Part shown: positions 1 through 9,530 of the stretch, piece after piece
Layout of the letters: each line of letters starts with the position of its first letter
Position numbering within the stretch: position 1 is the first letter of the stretch
Assembly: GCA_942490825.1 (NCBI GenBank)
Contig: CALNYG010000005.1
Location: 6,240 to 70,239, forward strand
Length of the DNA: 64,000 bases
Reading direction: 5' to 3'
Origin: Candidatus Moraniibacteriota bacterium
GTDB lineage: Bacteria; Patescibacteriota; Minisyncoccia; Moranbacterales; GCA-2747515
The notes under the pieces: generated by a model
What the model saw: only the letters and a program-made list of their open reading frames with translations
What the model was told of the DNA's origin: nothing
Database searches by the model: none
Position numbers and translations under genes: made by a program

Positions 1-407
1 CTTTCCAGGGTTCTGATAAAGTGGAGGAAGCTGATATTTCAAAATCAAAAGCTCAATTCCTTTATACTGAAGAAAATGGCTTGGCTTTCATGGATAATGA
101 AACTTTTGATCAGTTCACTATCGAAAAAGAATCTCTTGGAGATACTCCTGACTATTTAACTGAAGGACTTGAAGTTACTATGTTAAATTTCAATGACAGC
201 CCGATCAATGTTGAATTACCTGTTAAAGTAATTTTAGAAGTAACTGAAGCTCCTCCGGGGCTAAAAGGAGATACTCAATCTGGCGGTGATAAATTAGTTA
301 CAACTGAAACGGGATTACAAATAACGACTCCCCTATTTGTTGAAACTGGAGACAAAATTATTGTAAATACTGAACGAGGAGAATACGTGAGCAAACATCA
401 AGAATAA
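1..407 (+). CDS. efp: Elongation factor P, C-terminal part (5' end lies outside the window)
   Basis: The frame is open from the window edge. The translation FQGSDKVEEADISKSKAQFLYTEENGLAFMDNETFDQFTI...GDTQSGGDKLVTTETGLQITTPLFVETGDKIIVNTERGEYVSK matches EF-P domains II-III. TAA stop at 405-407. Confidence 0.9.
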   Translation, partial: FQGSDKVEEADISKSKAQFLYTEENGLAFMDNETFDQFTIEKESLGDTPDYLTEGLEVTMLNFNDSPINVELPVKVILEVTEAPPGLKGDTQSGGDKLVTTETGLQITTPLFVETGDKIIVNTERGEYVSKHQE

Positions 408-434
408 GAATTCAGTAAGAATTTTTAGATATTT

Positions 435-470
435 AAAATCACTTCATTTATTTGAAGTGATTTTAATTTT
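435..470 (+). terminator. Intrinsic terminator after efp
   Basis: Hairpin atcacttca (438-446) / tgaagtgat (453-461) with loop tttatt, followed by a T-run. Confidence 0.6.
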
Positions 471-499
471 GTTTTAAAATTTTTACATAAAAAAATATT

Positions 500-516
500 G
501 TGCTCGCCGCACGGGC
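500..516 (+). repeat. GC-rich 17-mer GTGCTCGCCGCACGGGC, copy 1 of 5
   Basis: Exact 17-mer followed by TTTTT. The same word occurs at 6826 and 26699 (+) and as its reverse complement at 3265 and 34971. Confidence 0.9.
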
Positions 517-571
517 TTTTTAGGATTCAAGTTTTTTCGAAATTCTAAAAATTTTTTGTTATTCGATTTGC

Positions 572-807
572 ATGTCATTCCGGAAAATATATTTTCTTTT
601 GTAGAAGCGTCGATTTATCGCGTTTTATAGATAGAAAATAATTTATCCGGAATCTAGGAAACTTTAAGATTAATAATAAATTTAAAGCTTGGTTATTATC
701 TAATGGTTTCTAGATACCTGATAGACGAATTTAAATCAATTGCTACGCCTTGCACCATACGGTACAGGACTACGCTCTTGAATAAATTCTATCTTCCAGC
801 ATGACAA
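572..807. repeat. Nested-palindrome intergenic element (ATGTCAT...ATGACA family), long variant
   Basis: ATGTCAT, then a long hairpin (TTCCGGAAAATATATTTTCT...AGAAAATAATTTATCCGGAA), then ATCTAGG. An AT-rich centre containing aactttaag follows. Then CTAGAT, a second hairpin (GATAGACGAATTTA...TAAATTCTATC), and CATGACA. Confidence 0.75.
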
Positions 808-857
808 ACATATAATCATCTTAAATTTTAATTCACAAAAAATTACAAAATAAAAAA

Positions 858-885
858 GACAGTAAATAACCTACTGTCTTTTTTT
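858..885. terminator. Bidirectional hairpin terminator
   Basis: gacagta / tactgtc stem flanked by an A-run upstream and a T-run downstream. Confidence 0.5.
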
Positions 886-1047
886 GATCTTTCGATCTAA
901 CACCGTTCTATTTAATTATTCTATCTAATAAATTTTTATTATCCAAATCTTTTTATTTTTTATTTTGTTAAATTTAAATAATATAAATTTAAATAAGTAA
1001 ATATAATTGGCATTATTATGTTTTTTATACACAATCTAACTAAGCAA

Positions 1048-1248
1048 TTAAATTAAGCCTATCAAATTGAAAAGTGACATAGCCATCGCTGGCACTAAAG
1101 CCAATAGAATTGCAAAATGAAATTCTTCATTACTACCCATTGTTTGAGATTTTTTTTCTTTAGTTTCTCCTTCTTCTGATGGCTTATTGTCATCTTCTGG
1201 ATTACAACAACCTCCACACTTAGGACAAACTTTTGTTTCTTCTAACAT
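1048..1248 (-). CDS. Small Cys-rich protein with C-terminal membrane anchor (hypothetical)
   Basis: 66-aa ORF with an ATG start. It has a CPKCGGCC motif, an acidic/lysine-rich linker and a hydrophobic tail FHFAILLALVPAMAMSLFNLIGLI. Confidence 0.5.
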   Translation of the reverse strand: MLEETKVCPKCGGCCNPEDDNKPSEEGETKEKKSQTMGSNEEFHFAILLALVPAMAMSLFNLIGLI

Positions 1249-1423
1249 ATGTTTTTGTTTCTATTTAATTAATCAAATTTTTTCAGAGATAAGCTTTTTA
1301 TTCAACATATTTCAAATCTATTTCAATTGACTTGTCATTCCCGTCTTACTTACCCGTCGGCAAACAAAGCGAAAACTTTTTTTAAAAAACCAAAACAGAT
1401 CCTAGATAAGTCTACTTAAAAAA

Positions 1424-1509
1424 CAAAAAATCGGAACCGTCCCATGGACGATCACCCGATCTTTAACTCATCACCCTTATAGTATATCACTGAATTAAGT
1501 TCTTGTCAA
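1424..1509 (-). promoter_or_regulatory. Consensus-like promoter plus a ~50-nt hairpin-terminated leader or small RNA
   Basis: On the minus strand, TTGACA (1509-1504) is followed by a 17-nt spacer and TATACT (1486-1481). Next comes the nested hairpin ATCGG-GTGAT-CGTCC-ATG-GGACG-GTT-CCGAT (1460-1430), followed by T6. Confidence 0.4.
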
Positions 1510-1617
1510 CTTAGCTTAATCACGCTATTATTAATTTAATAAACTTATTGAAAATATTTGGCTTAAATAAGCCATTTTCAGGAATAATTAGAAAAATAAT
1601 TTTGTTAAAAAATCTCA

Positions 1618-3102
1618 ATGAACAAACTAGACATGAATAAATTTAAAATACCTAAAGAAGTTACTGAAATAATAAGTAAATTACAAAAAAATAATTTTGA
1701 AGCTTTTGTGGTTGGTGGCTGTGTACGTGACCTAATGACTGATCGTGAACCTAAAGACTGGGACATGACTACAAACGCAAAGCCAGAAGAAATTCAAGAA
1801 ATATTTCCTGACAGTTTCTATGAAAACAATTTTGGAACAGTTGGGATAAAAGTAGATCCTTTTTTAAAAACTGGTAAAGAGGATCGTGAGCACGATGTGA
1901 TTGAAGCAACTACTTATCGAATAGAAACAACTTATTCTGACCGTCGTCGACCTGATGAGATTGAATTTGCTGAGACTTTGGAGGAAGATCTTTCTCGTCG
2001 TGACTTTACTATGAATGCTTTAGCGTTATCTGTGCAAAATGATGAAATTGAATTAACTGATTTATTTGATGGAAAAAAAGATATTGAAAATAAATTAATT
2101 AAAGCTGTTGGAAATGCCAATAAAAGATTTAATGAAGATGCTTTACGAATGATGCGAGCTATCCGATTTGCTGCAGAATTAGGATTTGAAATTGAAGAAA
2201 AAACTTTTCAAGCCATTCAAAAAAATAATGATTTAATTAAACTTATTTCTATTGAAAGAATAAAGGATGAATTTTCAAAAATTATTCTCAGTGAGCATCC
2301 AAAACATGGAGTTGAATTACTTCAAGAAACTGGATTATTGAAATATATTGTTCCTGAATTAGAAACTGGAATTAATGTTAAGCAAAATCATCATCACATT
2401 TACACAGTTTGGGAACATAATTTGAGAGCGTTAGAAAGTTGTCCAAATGAAAACTTATCCGTTCGTTTAGCTGCTCTCTTTCATGATATTGGAAAACCTG
2501 AAGCGAAAAGAATAAAGAGTGGAGCGGCTACTTTTTATAATCATGAACATATTAGTGCTTACATGACAAAAAAGATTTTAAAAAGATTACACTTTTCAAA
2601 TGCAATTATTGAGAAAACAACATTATTAGTTAAAAATCACATGTTCTACTATAGCGTTGGAGAAGTTACTGAAGCAGCAGTTCGAAGAATTATAAAAAAA
2701 GTTGGCTTGGAAAATATGAGAGATTTGATTGACTTACGGATTGGAGATCGTCTTGGTTCTGGTGTACCGAAAGCAAAACCTTACAAGTTACGTCATTTTG
2801 AATATTTGGTGGAGAAAGTTTCAACTGATCCTGTTAGTGTTAAGATGCTAAAATTGAATGGTGACATAATGATCAAAGAAATGAATTTTAAACCAGGTCC
2901 TAAAATTGGTGCCATTTTGGAAATTTTATTGGCTGAAACTATTGATGATCCTGAAAAGAATACGTTAGAATATCTTTCTGAACGTGCTGAAAGTTTACGA
3001 AATGAAGATGTTGATCAGTTAAAAAGTATTGCAAAGAAATATATTAAAGAAAAACAACAGGTTGATAAACAGGAGATAAAGAAAAAGTATTGGGTGAAAT
3101 AG
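1618..3102 (+). CDS. cca: CCA-adding tRNA nucleotidyltransferase (PolyA-pol family head plus HD domain)
   Basis: 494 aa. N-terminal GGCVRDLMTDREPKDWDMTT and RRDFTMNALA nucleotidyltransferase motifs. The HD-domain region contains LFHDIGKP. Confidence 0.85.
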   Translation: MNKLDMNKFKIPKEVTEIISKLQKNNFEAFVVGGCVRDLMTDREPKDWDMTTNAKPEEIQEIFPDSFYENNFGTVGIKVDPFLKTGKEDREHDVIEATTYRIETTYSDRRRPDEIEFAETLEEDLSRRDFTMNALALSVQNDEIELTDLFDGKKDIENKLIKAVGNANKRFNEDALRMMRAIRFAAELGFEIEEKTFQAIQKNNDLIKLISIERIKDEFSKIILSEHPKHGVELLQETGLLKYIVPELETGINVKQNHHHIYTVWEHNLRALESCPNENLSVRLAALFHDIGKPEAKRIKSGAATFYNHEHISAYMTKKILKRLHFSNAIIEKTTLLVKNHMFYYSVGEVTEAAVRRIIKKVGLENMRDLIDLRIGDRLGSGVPKAKPYKLRHFEYLVEKVSTDPVSVKMLKLNGDIMIKEMNFKPGPKIGAILEILLAETIDDPEKNTLEYLSERAESLRNEDVDQLKSIAKKYIKEKQQVDKQEIKKKYWVK

Positions 3103-3107
3103 GAAGT

Positions 3108-3281
3108 ATGTCATCCTCGCGAAGGCGGGGATCCAGGTGTGTAGAACTTTAAGCTTTTTTATAAACTAAAATTTATTTACAAACTTTAAATTTAATTTTC
3201 CTGGATTACCGACAAATTTTTTACAAAAATTTTCGAGAATGATATTAACAAAAAATGGTGAAAAGCCCGTGCGGCGAGCAC
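3108..3281. repeat. Nested-palindrome element joined to a reverse-complement 17-mer copy
   Basis: ATGTCAT-CCTCGC-gaag-GCGGGG-ATCCAGG ... CCTGGAT ... AATGATAT, then gcccgtgcggcgagcac at 3265-3281. Confidence 0.8.
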
Positions 3282-3312
3282 AAAAAAAATTTAAAATTAA
3301 TTAATAAAATAT

Positions 3313-3609
3313 ATGAAATTTAAAATTGAAAATGTTCGATCTAATCCGACTACTCTTTTACGCAGAGCTGGTTATACTTTTCAGCATAAATTGGATAATG
3401 GTGAGATGAGCTTTGTTCGTCCGATGGCTCGGGGTGGTTATCCTCGTTTTCATATGTATGTTAGGGTTGATGGTGTGAATATGGAGATTAGTTTTCATCT
3501 TGATCAGAAAAGGCATACTTATGGTGATGAGACTCGGCATCATGGGGAGTATGAGGAGAGTGGTGCTCTTGAGGAGGAGGCTGGGAGGTTGAAGATGTTT
3601 TTGAGATAA
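3313..3609 (+). CDS. Hypothetical protein with atypical G/T-ending codon usage
   Basis: 98-aa ORF with an ATG start. It uses 9 GAG versus 1 GAA, plus AGG/CGG/GGG/GTG codons, unlike neighbouring genes. No family recognised. Confidence 0.55.
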   Translation: MKFKIENVRSNPTTLLRRAGYTFQHKLDNGEMSFVRPMARGGYPRFHMYVRVDGVNMEISFHLDQKRHTYGDETRHHGEYEESGALEEEAGRLKMFLR

Positions 3610-3681
3610 AAAATAAGTCTTTACATTAAAGCTATTATCTTATAAACTTGAATAATACTAATTTAAATTTAATCAAAAAAT

Positions 3682-4461
3682 ATGAACTTTTTAATAATTA
3701 TTTTTTCAATAGGTTTTGTTTTCAGCGTATTAACTGGTGGTCTTTTTCTGAACTTTATATTGAAAATTTTAAAATTGGAAAAATTCAAGTATAAAAAATC
3801 TGTTTTATTTGTTTTTATCTACATATTTTTTTCATTTATTTTATATATAACCTTCAGCTTATTTATAAAATCAGAAATAATTCTATTTATAATATCCTTA
3901 ATCTTGGGATTTATTGTTTTTTATTATCTACTAAAAAGATATTTAGATTTAAACTGGAAAAAATCACTTAAAGTATATGCTCTTTATAATTTATTTAATT
4001 TAGCATTATTTATAATGCTCATAATTGTTGTATTTTTTGTTAGATTAAACATGTATGAACCATTTGTTTTAAGAGGTGCTAGCATGGAGCCAACTTACAA
4101 AAACAATGACTATCTTATAATAAATAAAATTGATAAAGATTTTAAAAGAAATGATGTTGTAGTCTATGAAAATAAAGATAATTTTTTAGTTTCCAGAATA
4201 ATAGGATTGCCAAATGATAAAATAGAAATAAAAGATGGAAAAGTATTTTTAAATGAAAATATTTTAAATGAAGATTTTATAAACATAGAAACTAAAGGCA
4301 AATTTTATTTAACGCTTAAAGAAAATGAGTATTTTGTCTTAGGAGACAATAGAAATAAAAGTCTTGACTCTAGAAGCCTTGGTCCAATAAACAAAGACAG
4401 TATTCGAGGAAAAATATTTTACGAAAACTCAGAATTAATGAATTTAAAAAGCGGTAACTAA
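3682..4461 (+). CDS. lepB: Signal peptidase I homolog with a multi-TM N-terminal extension; the box D lysine is replaced by serine
   Basis: GASMEPTY (box B serine), NDVVVY (box C), LVSRIIGLPNDKI (box D, normally KR(I/V)IGLPGD) and GDNRNKSLDSR (box E). Confidence 0.8.
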   Translation: MNFLIIIFSIGFVFSVLTGGLFLNFILKILKLEKFKYKKSVLFVFIYIFFSFILYITFSLFIKSEIILFIISLILGFIVFYYLLKRYLDLNWKKSLKVYALYNLFNLALFIMLIIVVFFVRLNMYEPFVLRGASMEPTYKNNDYLIINKIDKDFKRNDVVVYENKDNFLVSRIIGLPNDKIEIKDGKVFLNENILNEDFINIETKGKFYLTLKENEYFVLGDNRNKSLDSRSLGPINKDSIRGKIFYENSELMNLKSGN

Positions 4462-4472
4462 ACCGCTTTTTT
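4446..4472 (+). terminator. Intrinsic terminator overlapping the lepB stop
   Basis: gcggt (4451-4455) / accgc (4462-4466) followed by T6. Confidence 0.55.
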
Positions 4473-4495
4473 AATTTCAAAATTTTTCAAAAACT

Positions 4496-4906
4496 TTATT
4501 TATTCAATTTAGCTAAAATAAATCCAGCCACAAATCCATTAACTGTTCCCATAATACCCCAACTCAAAATCATAACAAAAGGCAAATTAAAACTACTAAA
4601 ATTAATCAAAAATGTAGGCAAAACTAAAACAAGAAAATAAATAGTTCCAAAATTAATACCCTTTTTCAAAATACTTCCTGTAAATAATTGTTTTACCTTA
4701 TCCCAAATCCAAGCCAAGCCAAAGCCTAATATGATTGGATACAAAAAGAATAACATCATAATAGGATCATCCCAAGGTCTGAAAACATCTGCCATATAAG
4801 CGTTTTTCAAAACCGGAAAAACCGCACTCAATGCTTGATTTAACAGCATATTCACAATGCCCATCACAATACCTGTAATTAAACCTGTCCAAAATATTTT
4901 TTTCAT
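4496..4906 (-). CDS. Integral membrane protein (hypothetical)
   Basis: 136 aa with about four hydrophobic segments. No family recognised. Confidence 0.55.
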   Translation of the reverse strand: MKKIFWTGLITGIVMGIVNMLLNQALSAVFPVLKNAYMADVFRPWDDPIMMLFFLYPIILGFGLAWIWDKVKQLFTGSILKKGINFGTIYFLVLVLPTFLINFSSFNLPFVMILSWGIMGTVNGFVAGFILAKLNK

Positions 4907-4961
4907 TTTTTCATTTTTTAACTAATTATACTTTTATTATAAACTATTCTTTAATAAAAAC

Positions 4962-4992
4962 AAAAAGTCGCTAGAAAAACCAGCGACTTTTT
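4962..4992 (-). terminator. Terminator after typA (bidirectional hairpin)
   Basis: agtcgct / agcgact stem flanked by an A-run and a T-run. Confidence 0.6.
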
Positions 4993-5014
4993 AAATTCAA
5001 AATTGTCCAAGAAC

Positions 5015-6793
5015 CTATTTATTTCTCTTTGCCTTTACACGATCATTCTCTTTCAATCCCATCTTTCTTAACCGAACACTCTCTGGAGTAACCTCCAAAT
5101 ACTCATCACCAGTCATAACTTCCAAACCTTTCTCAATATTAATCGTAATGGGAGGAGTCAAATTAATAGCCTCATCAGTTCCACTAGATCGCATATTAGT
5201 CAATTGTTTACCCTTAATAGGATTAACCGTCATTTCATCACCTTTAGAAGTATTACCAATAACCTGACCTTCATAAACCTGAGTACTCGCTCCAATGTAC
5301 AAAGCACCTCGGTTTTGCAAATTATACAAAGCAAAGCCTAAAGCTTTTCCAGTCTCACCAGAAATCATAGAACCAGCTGCACGTCTCACAACATCACCAG
5401 CATACGGACGGAACTCAATAAATCGACTAGACAAAATTCCCATTCCCTTAGTATCAACAATGAATTCATTTCGATAACCTAAAACACCTCGAGTTGGAAT
5501 TTCAAAAGTCATTCTAACACCATCATTCTCATGTTGCATATTAGTCATAATACCTTTACGCTTTCCTAACTTTTCAATAATCGCTCCTGAAAATTCTTCT
5601 GGCACAGAAATAATCATTTCCTCAAACGGCTCTTGTTTCTTTCCGTCAACTTCTTTAATGATAACTCGTGGCTGAGAAACTTGAATTTCAAAACCTTCAC
5701 GACGCATGTTCTCTAAAAGAACCGCAACATGCAACTCCCCACGACCATAAACTGTAAAATTAGCTCCTGTGAAATCAACTTTCAAACCAACGTTAACCTC
5801 TAACTCTTTTTCTAAACGCTCACGAATTTGTTCTCGAGTAACAAATTTTCCCTCTTTTCCAGCAAACGGTGAATCGTTAACTAAGAATTCCAAAGCAATT
5901 GTCGGCTCATCAACAGTAATATTTGGCAATAATTCTGCATTCTCATCAGCACAAACAGTTTCTCCAATGTCAATATCATCAATACCAGCAATCAACACAA
6001 TATCACCTGCTTCAGCCTGTTCAACTTCTTTTCGAGCTGTACCTTCAAAAACAAAAATTTTAATAATTTTCTTATTTCTATCTTCTTTACCTTCTGATTT
6101 AACAATAACATTTCCAATTTTAAGCGTACCTTCATAAATACGAGCTACAGCCAAACGTCCTAAAAAGTCATCATAAGCTAAACTAAAAGGCTGTAATCTC
6201 AAAGGAGCTTCAGTATCACTTTTAGCAGGTTCAACATGATCAATAATCTGATCAAGTAATGGCGTCATGTCTTCACTATCATCTTCTGGTTTTTTCTTGG
6301 CAATTCCATCTCTACCGATTGAATAAATTATAGGAAAATCTAGCTGTTCATCATTAGCACCTAAATCTAAAAATAATTCATAAATTTCTTCCTCAACTTC
6401 ACCCAATCTAGAAGCAGGTTTATCAATTTTATTAATCACAACCAAAGGTTTATGACCAATTTCTAAAGATTTTTTCAACACAAAACGAGTCTGTGGCATT
6501 GGACCTTCTTGGGCATCAACTACCAACATAACACTATCAATTGAACGCAAAACACGTTCCACCTCTGAACCGAAATCAGCATGTCCTGGAGTATCCACGA
6601 TGTTAATTTTTGTATCTTTATAAAAAACAACTGTATTCTTTGCGTAAATTGTAATTCCACGTTCTTTCTCAATATCGTCATTATCCATGCTTTCATCTGC
6701 ACCTTTTGCTCCAGTTTGTTGCATGATTGCATCTGTAATAGTTGTCTTACCATGATCAACGTGAGCGATGATCGCTATATTTCGTATTTCCAT
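5015..6793 (-). CDS. typA: Translational GTPase TypA/BipA
   Basis: 592 aa. G1 [10 protein letters not shown]3 DTPGHADF, G4 NKID, and EF-G-like domains through to the C-terminus. Confidence 0.95.
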   Translation of the reverse strand: MEIRNIAIIAHVDHGKTTITDAIMQQTGAKGADESMDNDDIEKERGITIYAKNTVVFYKDTKINIVDTPGHADFGSEVERVLRSIDSVMLVVDAQEGPMPQTRFVLKKSLEIGHKPLVVINKIDKPASRLGEVEEEIYELFLDLGANDEQLDFPIIYSIGRDGIAKKKPEDDSEDMTPLLDQIIDHVEPAKSDTEAPLRLQPFSLAYDDFLGRLAVARIYEGTLKIGNVIVKSEGKEDRNKKIIKIFVFEGTARKEVEQAEAGDIVLIAGIDDIDIGETVCADENAELLPNITVDEPTIALEFLVNDSPFAGKEGKFVTREQIRERLEKELEVNVGLKVDFTGANFTVYGRGELHVAVLLENMRREGFEIQVSQPRVIIKEVDGKKQEPFEEMIISVPEEFSGAIIEKLGKRKGIMTNMQHENDGVRMTFEIPTRGVLGYRNEFIVDTKGMGILSSRFIEFRPYAGDVVRRAAGSMISGETGKALGFALYNLQNRGALYIGASTQVYEGQVIGNTSKGDEMTVNPIKGKQLTNMRSSGTDEAINLTPPITINIEKGLEVMTGDEYLEVTPESVRLRKMGLKENDRVKAKRNK

Positions 6794-6825
6794 ATTTTTT
6801 TAAATTAAAAGCTTTGATTAATATT

Positions 6826-6842
6826 GTGCTCGCCGCACGGGC
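6826..6842 (+). repeat. GC-rich 17-mer, copy 3
   Basis: Exact GTGCTCGCCGCACGGGC, 33 nt upstream of the typA start on the opposite strand. Confidence 0.9.
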
Positions 6843-7025
6843 TTTTAGACTATATATTTTGATTTTGTACAAATAAATTCTTTAAAAAATATTGCTAGTT
6901 TTAAAAAAGTTATATTTTAAAAATCAAAATTTGTCTAAAAAATTAAACATAAATAAAAAACCGCAACACCTGCGATTTATTTATAATAGCTTAAAGGCTA
7001 AAGAAAGTCAATCGTTTTTGGCTCT

Positions 7026-7847
7026 TTAACATCTTTGGGCAACTAAATTTAAGAAAATTGTCATCGGAAGAATACAAAATAATAATCTTTTACAAAAACG
7101 TTCAACATTTCTAATCCCAAAATGATTCCTTTTAATTCTTTCAAAATGATTATGAATTCCTTCAGTATAAGCATTAGTTGTTTTAGATAAATAATAATTT
7201 AATATTTCATCAAACCATCTTGTTAATGTATTAGCCAAATCTTTCATATATTTTGATTCTGAAGTTTTGCAAAGACTGATGACATATTTTAATTGTTTTT
7301 GGGCTTCTTTTCTATTACTTTTCCAATATACTTTTCTGAGTTGATGAATTATTTTCCAACTTTGTTTTAACTTAGGAACTTTAACAAAAACTTTTTCTAA
7401 TTTATTAAATTCTTCAATTGTTAATTTGTGTGTAGGTATCATCAGTAATTTATTTATTTTATAAGATTCATTGTTGATGTCTTGAAAAACTTTCTTTTGT
7501 TCTTTTAATAAAAAGACAGCCCACTGAATTATATGAAAATGATCAATCACAATAACCGCATTAGGAAAACATTCTTTAATAATAGCTGGAAAAAAAGAGT
7601 CCATATCAATACATACTTCTTTAACTGCTAATCTAAATTTTAAATCAATTTTTAATAATTCTTTCAGCAATTCTTTTTGTGATAAATTTGGTAGAACACC
7701 TATCACCTCATTATCAATTAAATTAGTAATGTTAAAAACTTGTTTTCTTTTGCTAACTCCTTTGCCATCCATTCCAATTCTTTGAATAGATTTATCCCAA
7801 ATTAATGAAGTATTTACCATTTCATCAATCATTCTCAGAGCCGACAT
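7026..7847 (-). CDS. ISL3 transposase, DDE catalytic part (orfB)
   Basis: GMDGKG...CIDMDSFF...VIVIDHFHIIQ...TNAYTEGIHNHFERIKRNHFGIRNVERF matches the ISL3 DDE_Tnp pattern. Confidence 0.85.
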   Translation of the reverse strand: MSALRMIDEMVNTSLIWDKSIQRIGMDGKGVSKRKQVFNITNLIDNEVIGVLPNLSQKELLKELLKIDLKFRLAVKEVCIDMDSFFPAIIKECFPNAVIVIDHFHIIQWAVFLLKEQKKVFQDINNESYKINKLLMIPTHKLTIEEFNKLEKVFVKVPKLKQSWKIIHQLRKVYWKSNRKEAQKQLKYVISLCKTSESKYMKDLANTLTRWFDEILNYYLSKTTNAYTEGIHNHFERIKRNHFGIRNVERFCKRLLFCILPMTIFLNLVAQRC

Positions 7848-7900
7848 AATGCTTATCTGTCTAGATCTAGCTAGTCCGCTATATGTGGTTTCTCTTAATT

Positions 7901-8221
7901 CTATGACAGAGTTTTTTTAAAAGCTGTGCTCATTTGTTGCCCTTTTTTAACTTGAGGTAAAGATTCCCAAAGTTTCTTTTTATGTTTAGAAAAATAAAAT
8001 CTTCTTTGAGTAATAGCTATAAAAACTTTTTTATTTTCAAACATAGAATGAGCAATTATTCTATTTCTTTTTTGATTAATTTTTTTACTTACCTCATTTT
8101 TTAATTTAAATGAATTCTTTTGTAAATGACAATGTAAAATTATTTTATCATTTTTTTCTTCAAATTTATCTAAAATATATCCTTCTAAATTGAATATTTT
8201 TTTAATCTCTTTTTTTTGCAT
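7901..8221 (-). CDS. ISL3 transposase, N-terminal part (orfA)
   Basis: 106 aa. It ends at a T4A7 run, and orfB is open in the -1 frame from that run. Confidence 0.75.
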   Translation of the reverse strand: MQKKEIKKIFNLEGYILDKFEEKNDKIILHCHLQKNSFKLKNEVSKKINQKRNRIIAHSMFENKKVFIAITQRRFYFSKHKKKLWESLPQVKKGQQMSTAFKKTLS

Positions 8222-8389
8222 TTTTAAAATATTAAATTATTAAAATAACTTAATATTTAAGCATAGAATTTAACAAATTTCAATACTTAGCTTTGCCCAA
8301 AGATGTTAAAGAGCCGAAAAATCCAAAAACTCAACCCCAAAACAACCCCAATCCAAACAAAAAATAAAAAACACCCCATCAAAATAACA

Positions 8390-8417
8390 TTGACATCAGC
8401 AAAAGCAAGAGTATAAT
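8390..8417 (+). promoter_or_regulatory. Sigma70-type promoter for the sugar genes
   Basis: TTGACA (8390-8395), a 16-nt spacer, then TATAAT (8412-8417), about 30 nt before the ATG at 8448. Confidence 0.55.
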
Positions 8418-8447
8418 TATAGCTGGTAATTCCCACACAATAAAATC

Positions 8448-9338
8448 ATGAATTCAAATAAAAAAATAGTAGCAATCGGAGAAATCTTATGGGACATTTT
8501 CCCAAATAAAAAACACTTAGGTGGCGCGCCGTTCAATTTCGCTTATCATTGCAAACAATTAGGTTTAGATCCAGTAGTCATCAGCGCCATTGGCGAAGAC
8601 AAATTAGGAAATGAAATAATTAAAAATGTTAAAAAAGCGAATCTTGATGATAAATTTATAGAGAGAATAAATTTTCCAACAGGAACAGTCCAAGTCTCTT
8701 TAAGTAATGGTCAGCCAGAGTATGAAATTTTAGAAAATGTTGCTTGGGATAATATTGGCTTTAAAGAAGAATTCGAAGAATTGGCAAAAAACACAGGAGT
8801 AGTTTGTTTTGGAAGTTTAGCTAGTCGTTCGTTTAATAAAACCAGTAAAACAGTTGAAAAATTTCTCAAATTACTTTCTAATGATACTATAAAGATATTT
8901 GATATTAATTTAAGACAACATTACTATTCAAAAGAATTGATTGAAAAATTTTTAAAGTTATCAGATGTTCTAAAAATTAATGACGAAGAGATTGAAATTG
9001 TAGTAGACTTATTTGGATGGAAAGAGTTAGATGAAGACGAATTGTTAAATAAATTTTACAAAGAGTTTGATCTTAATCTAATTATTTTAACTAAGGGAAA
9101 TAAAGGCAGTGTACTTTTTGACAGGGAAAACAAGAGTGAACAATCAGCATTAAAAGTGGAAAATTTTGCAGATGCAGTTGGGGCAGGAGATTCTTTTACA
9201 GCAACGGTTGCCTATGGTTTAATTAATGATTGGGATTTAGAAAAAATAAATATAGTTGCTAATAAAGTTGCGGCAATAGTTTGTTCTAACGCTGGAGGAA
9301 CTCCAGAATTAAGTAATATCAAAGAAATTTTACAATAA
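8448..9338 (+). CDS. PfkB-family sugar kinase (fructokinase-like)
   Basis: 296 aa. N-terminal GEILWD...GGAPFNFA and C-terminal DAVGAGDSFTA, NAGG motifs typical of the ribokinase/PfkB family. Confidence 0.8.
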   Translation: MNSNKKIVAIGEILWDIFPNKKHLGGAPFNFAYHCKQLGLDPVVISAIGEDKLGNEIIKNVKKANLDDKFIERINFPTGTVQVSLSNGQPEYEILENVAWDNIGFKEEFEELAKNTGVVCFGSLASRSFNKTSKTVEKFLKLLSNDTIKIFDINLRQHYYSKELIEKFLKLSDVLKINDEEIEIVVDLFGWKELDEDELLNKFYKEFDLNLIILTKGNKGSVLFDRENKSEQSALKVENFADAVGAGDSFTATVAYGLINDWDLEKINIVANKVAAIVCSNAGGTPELSNIKEILQ

Positions 9339-9530
9339 AAATAGACTAGAATAGTATAAATTTAAGACTATGAATTTTACAATAAAGACAATCAAAATTA
9401 ATTCGATTAACAAGCTCTTGTTTAAAAAGAAGGCTTTGTGATTTTTATTTAGATGAATGTTGCAAAGTCCTTTATAATTTAGAGGACTTTTTATTTTAGC
9501 ATGATATAATTTAAGAATAACTTTAAAAAT

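Larger units (their letters stand above)
7020..8315 (-). mobile_element. ISL3-family insertion sequence, copy 1 (1296 bp)
   Basis: Terminal inverted repeats GGCTCTTTAACATCTTTGGGCAA (7020-7042) and its reverse complement (8293-8315). It contains the two transposase ORFs. The flanking octamers are tcgttttt and gaaaaatc. Confidence 0.9.

Noticed and set aside
1430-1475. Fluoride (crcB) or other known riboswitch in the short leader RNA
   Set aside because: Only a GGGUGAUGAG word is reminiscent. The P1/P3 pairings and pseudoknot of the fluoride class cannot be drawn, and the downstream gene is not a known riboswitch-regulated type.
5295-6808. Plus- and minus-strand ORFs overlapping typA (5295-5477, 5769-6137, 6520-6759, 6581-6808). 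There are similar shadow ORFs inside cca, the RM gene, argS, RND, rpoB, rpoC and both IS256 copies.
   Set aside because: They are alternative-frame or antisense shadows of long, well-supported genes. They are low-complexity and have no independent support.
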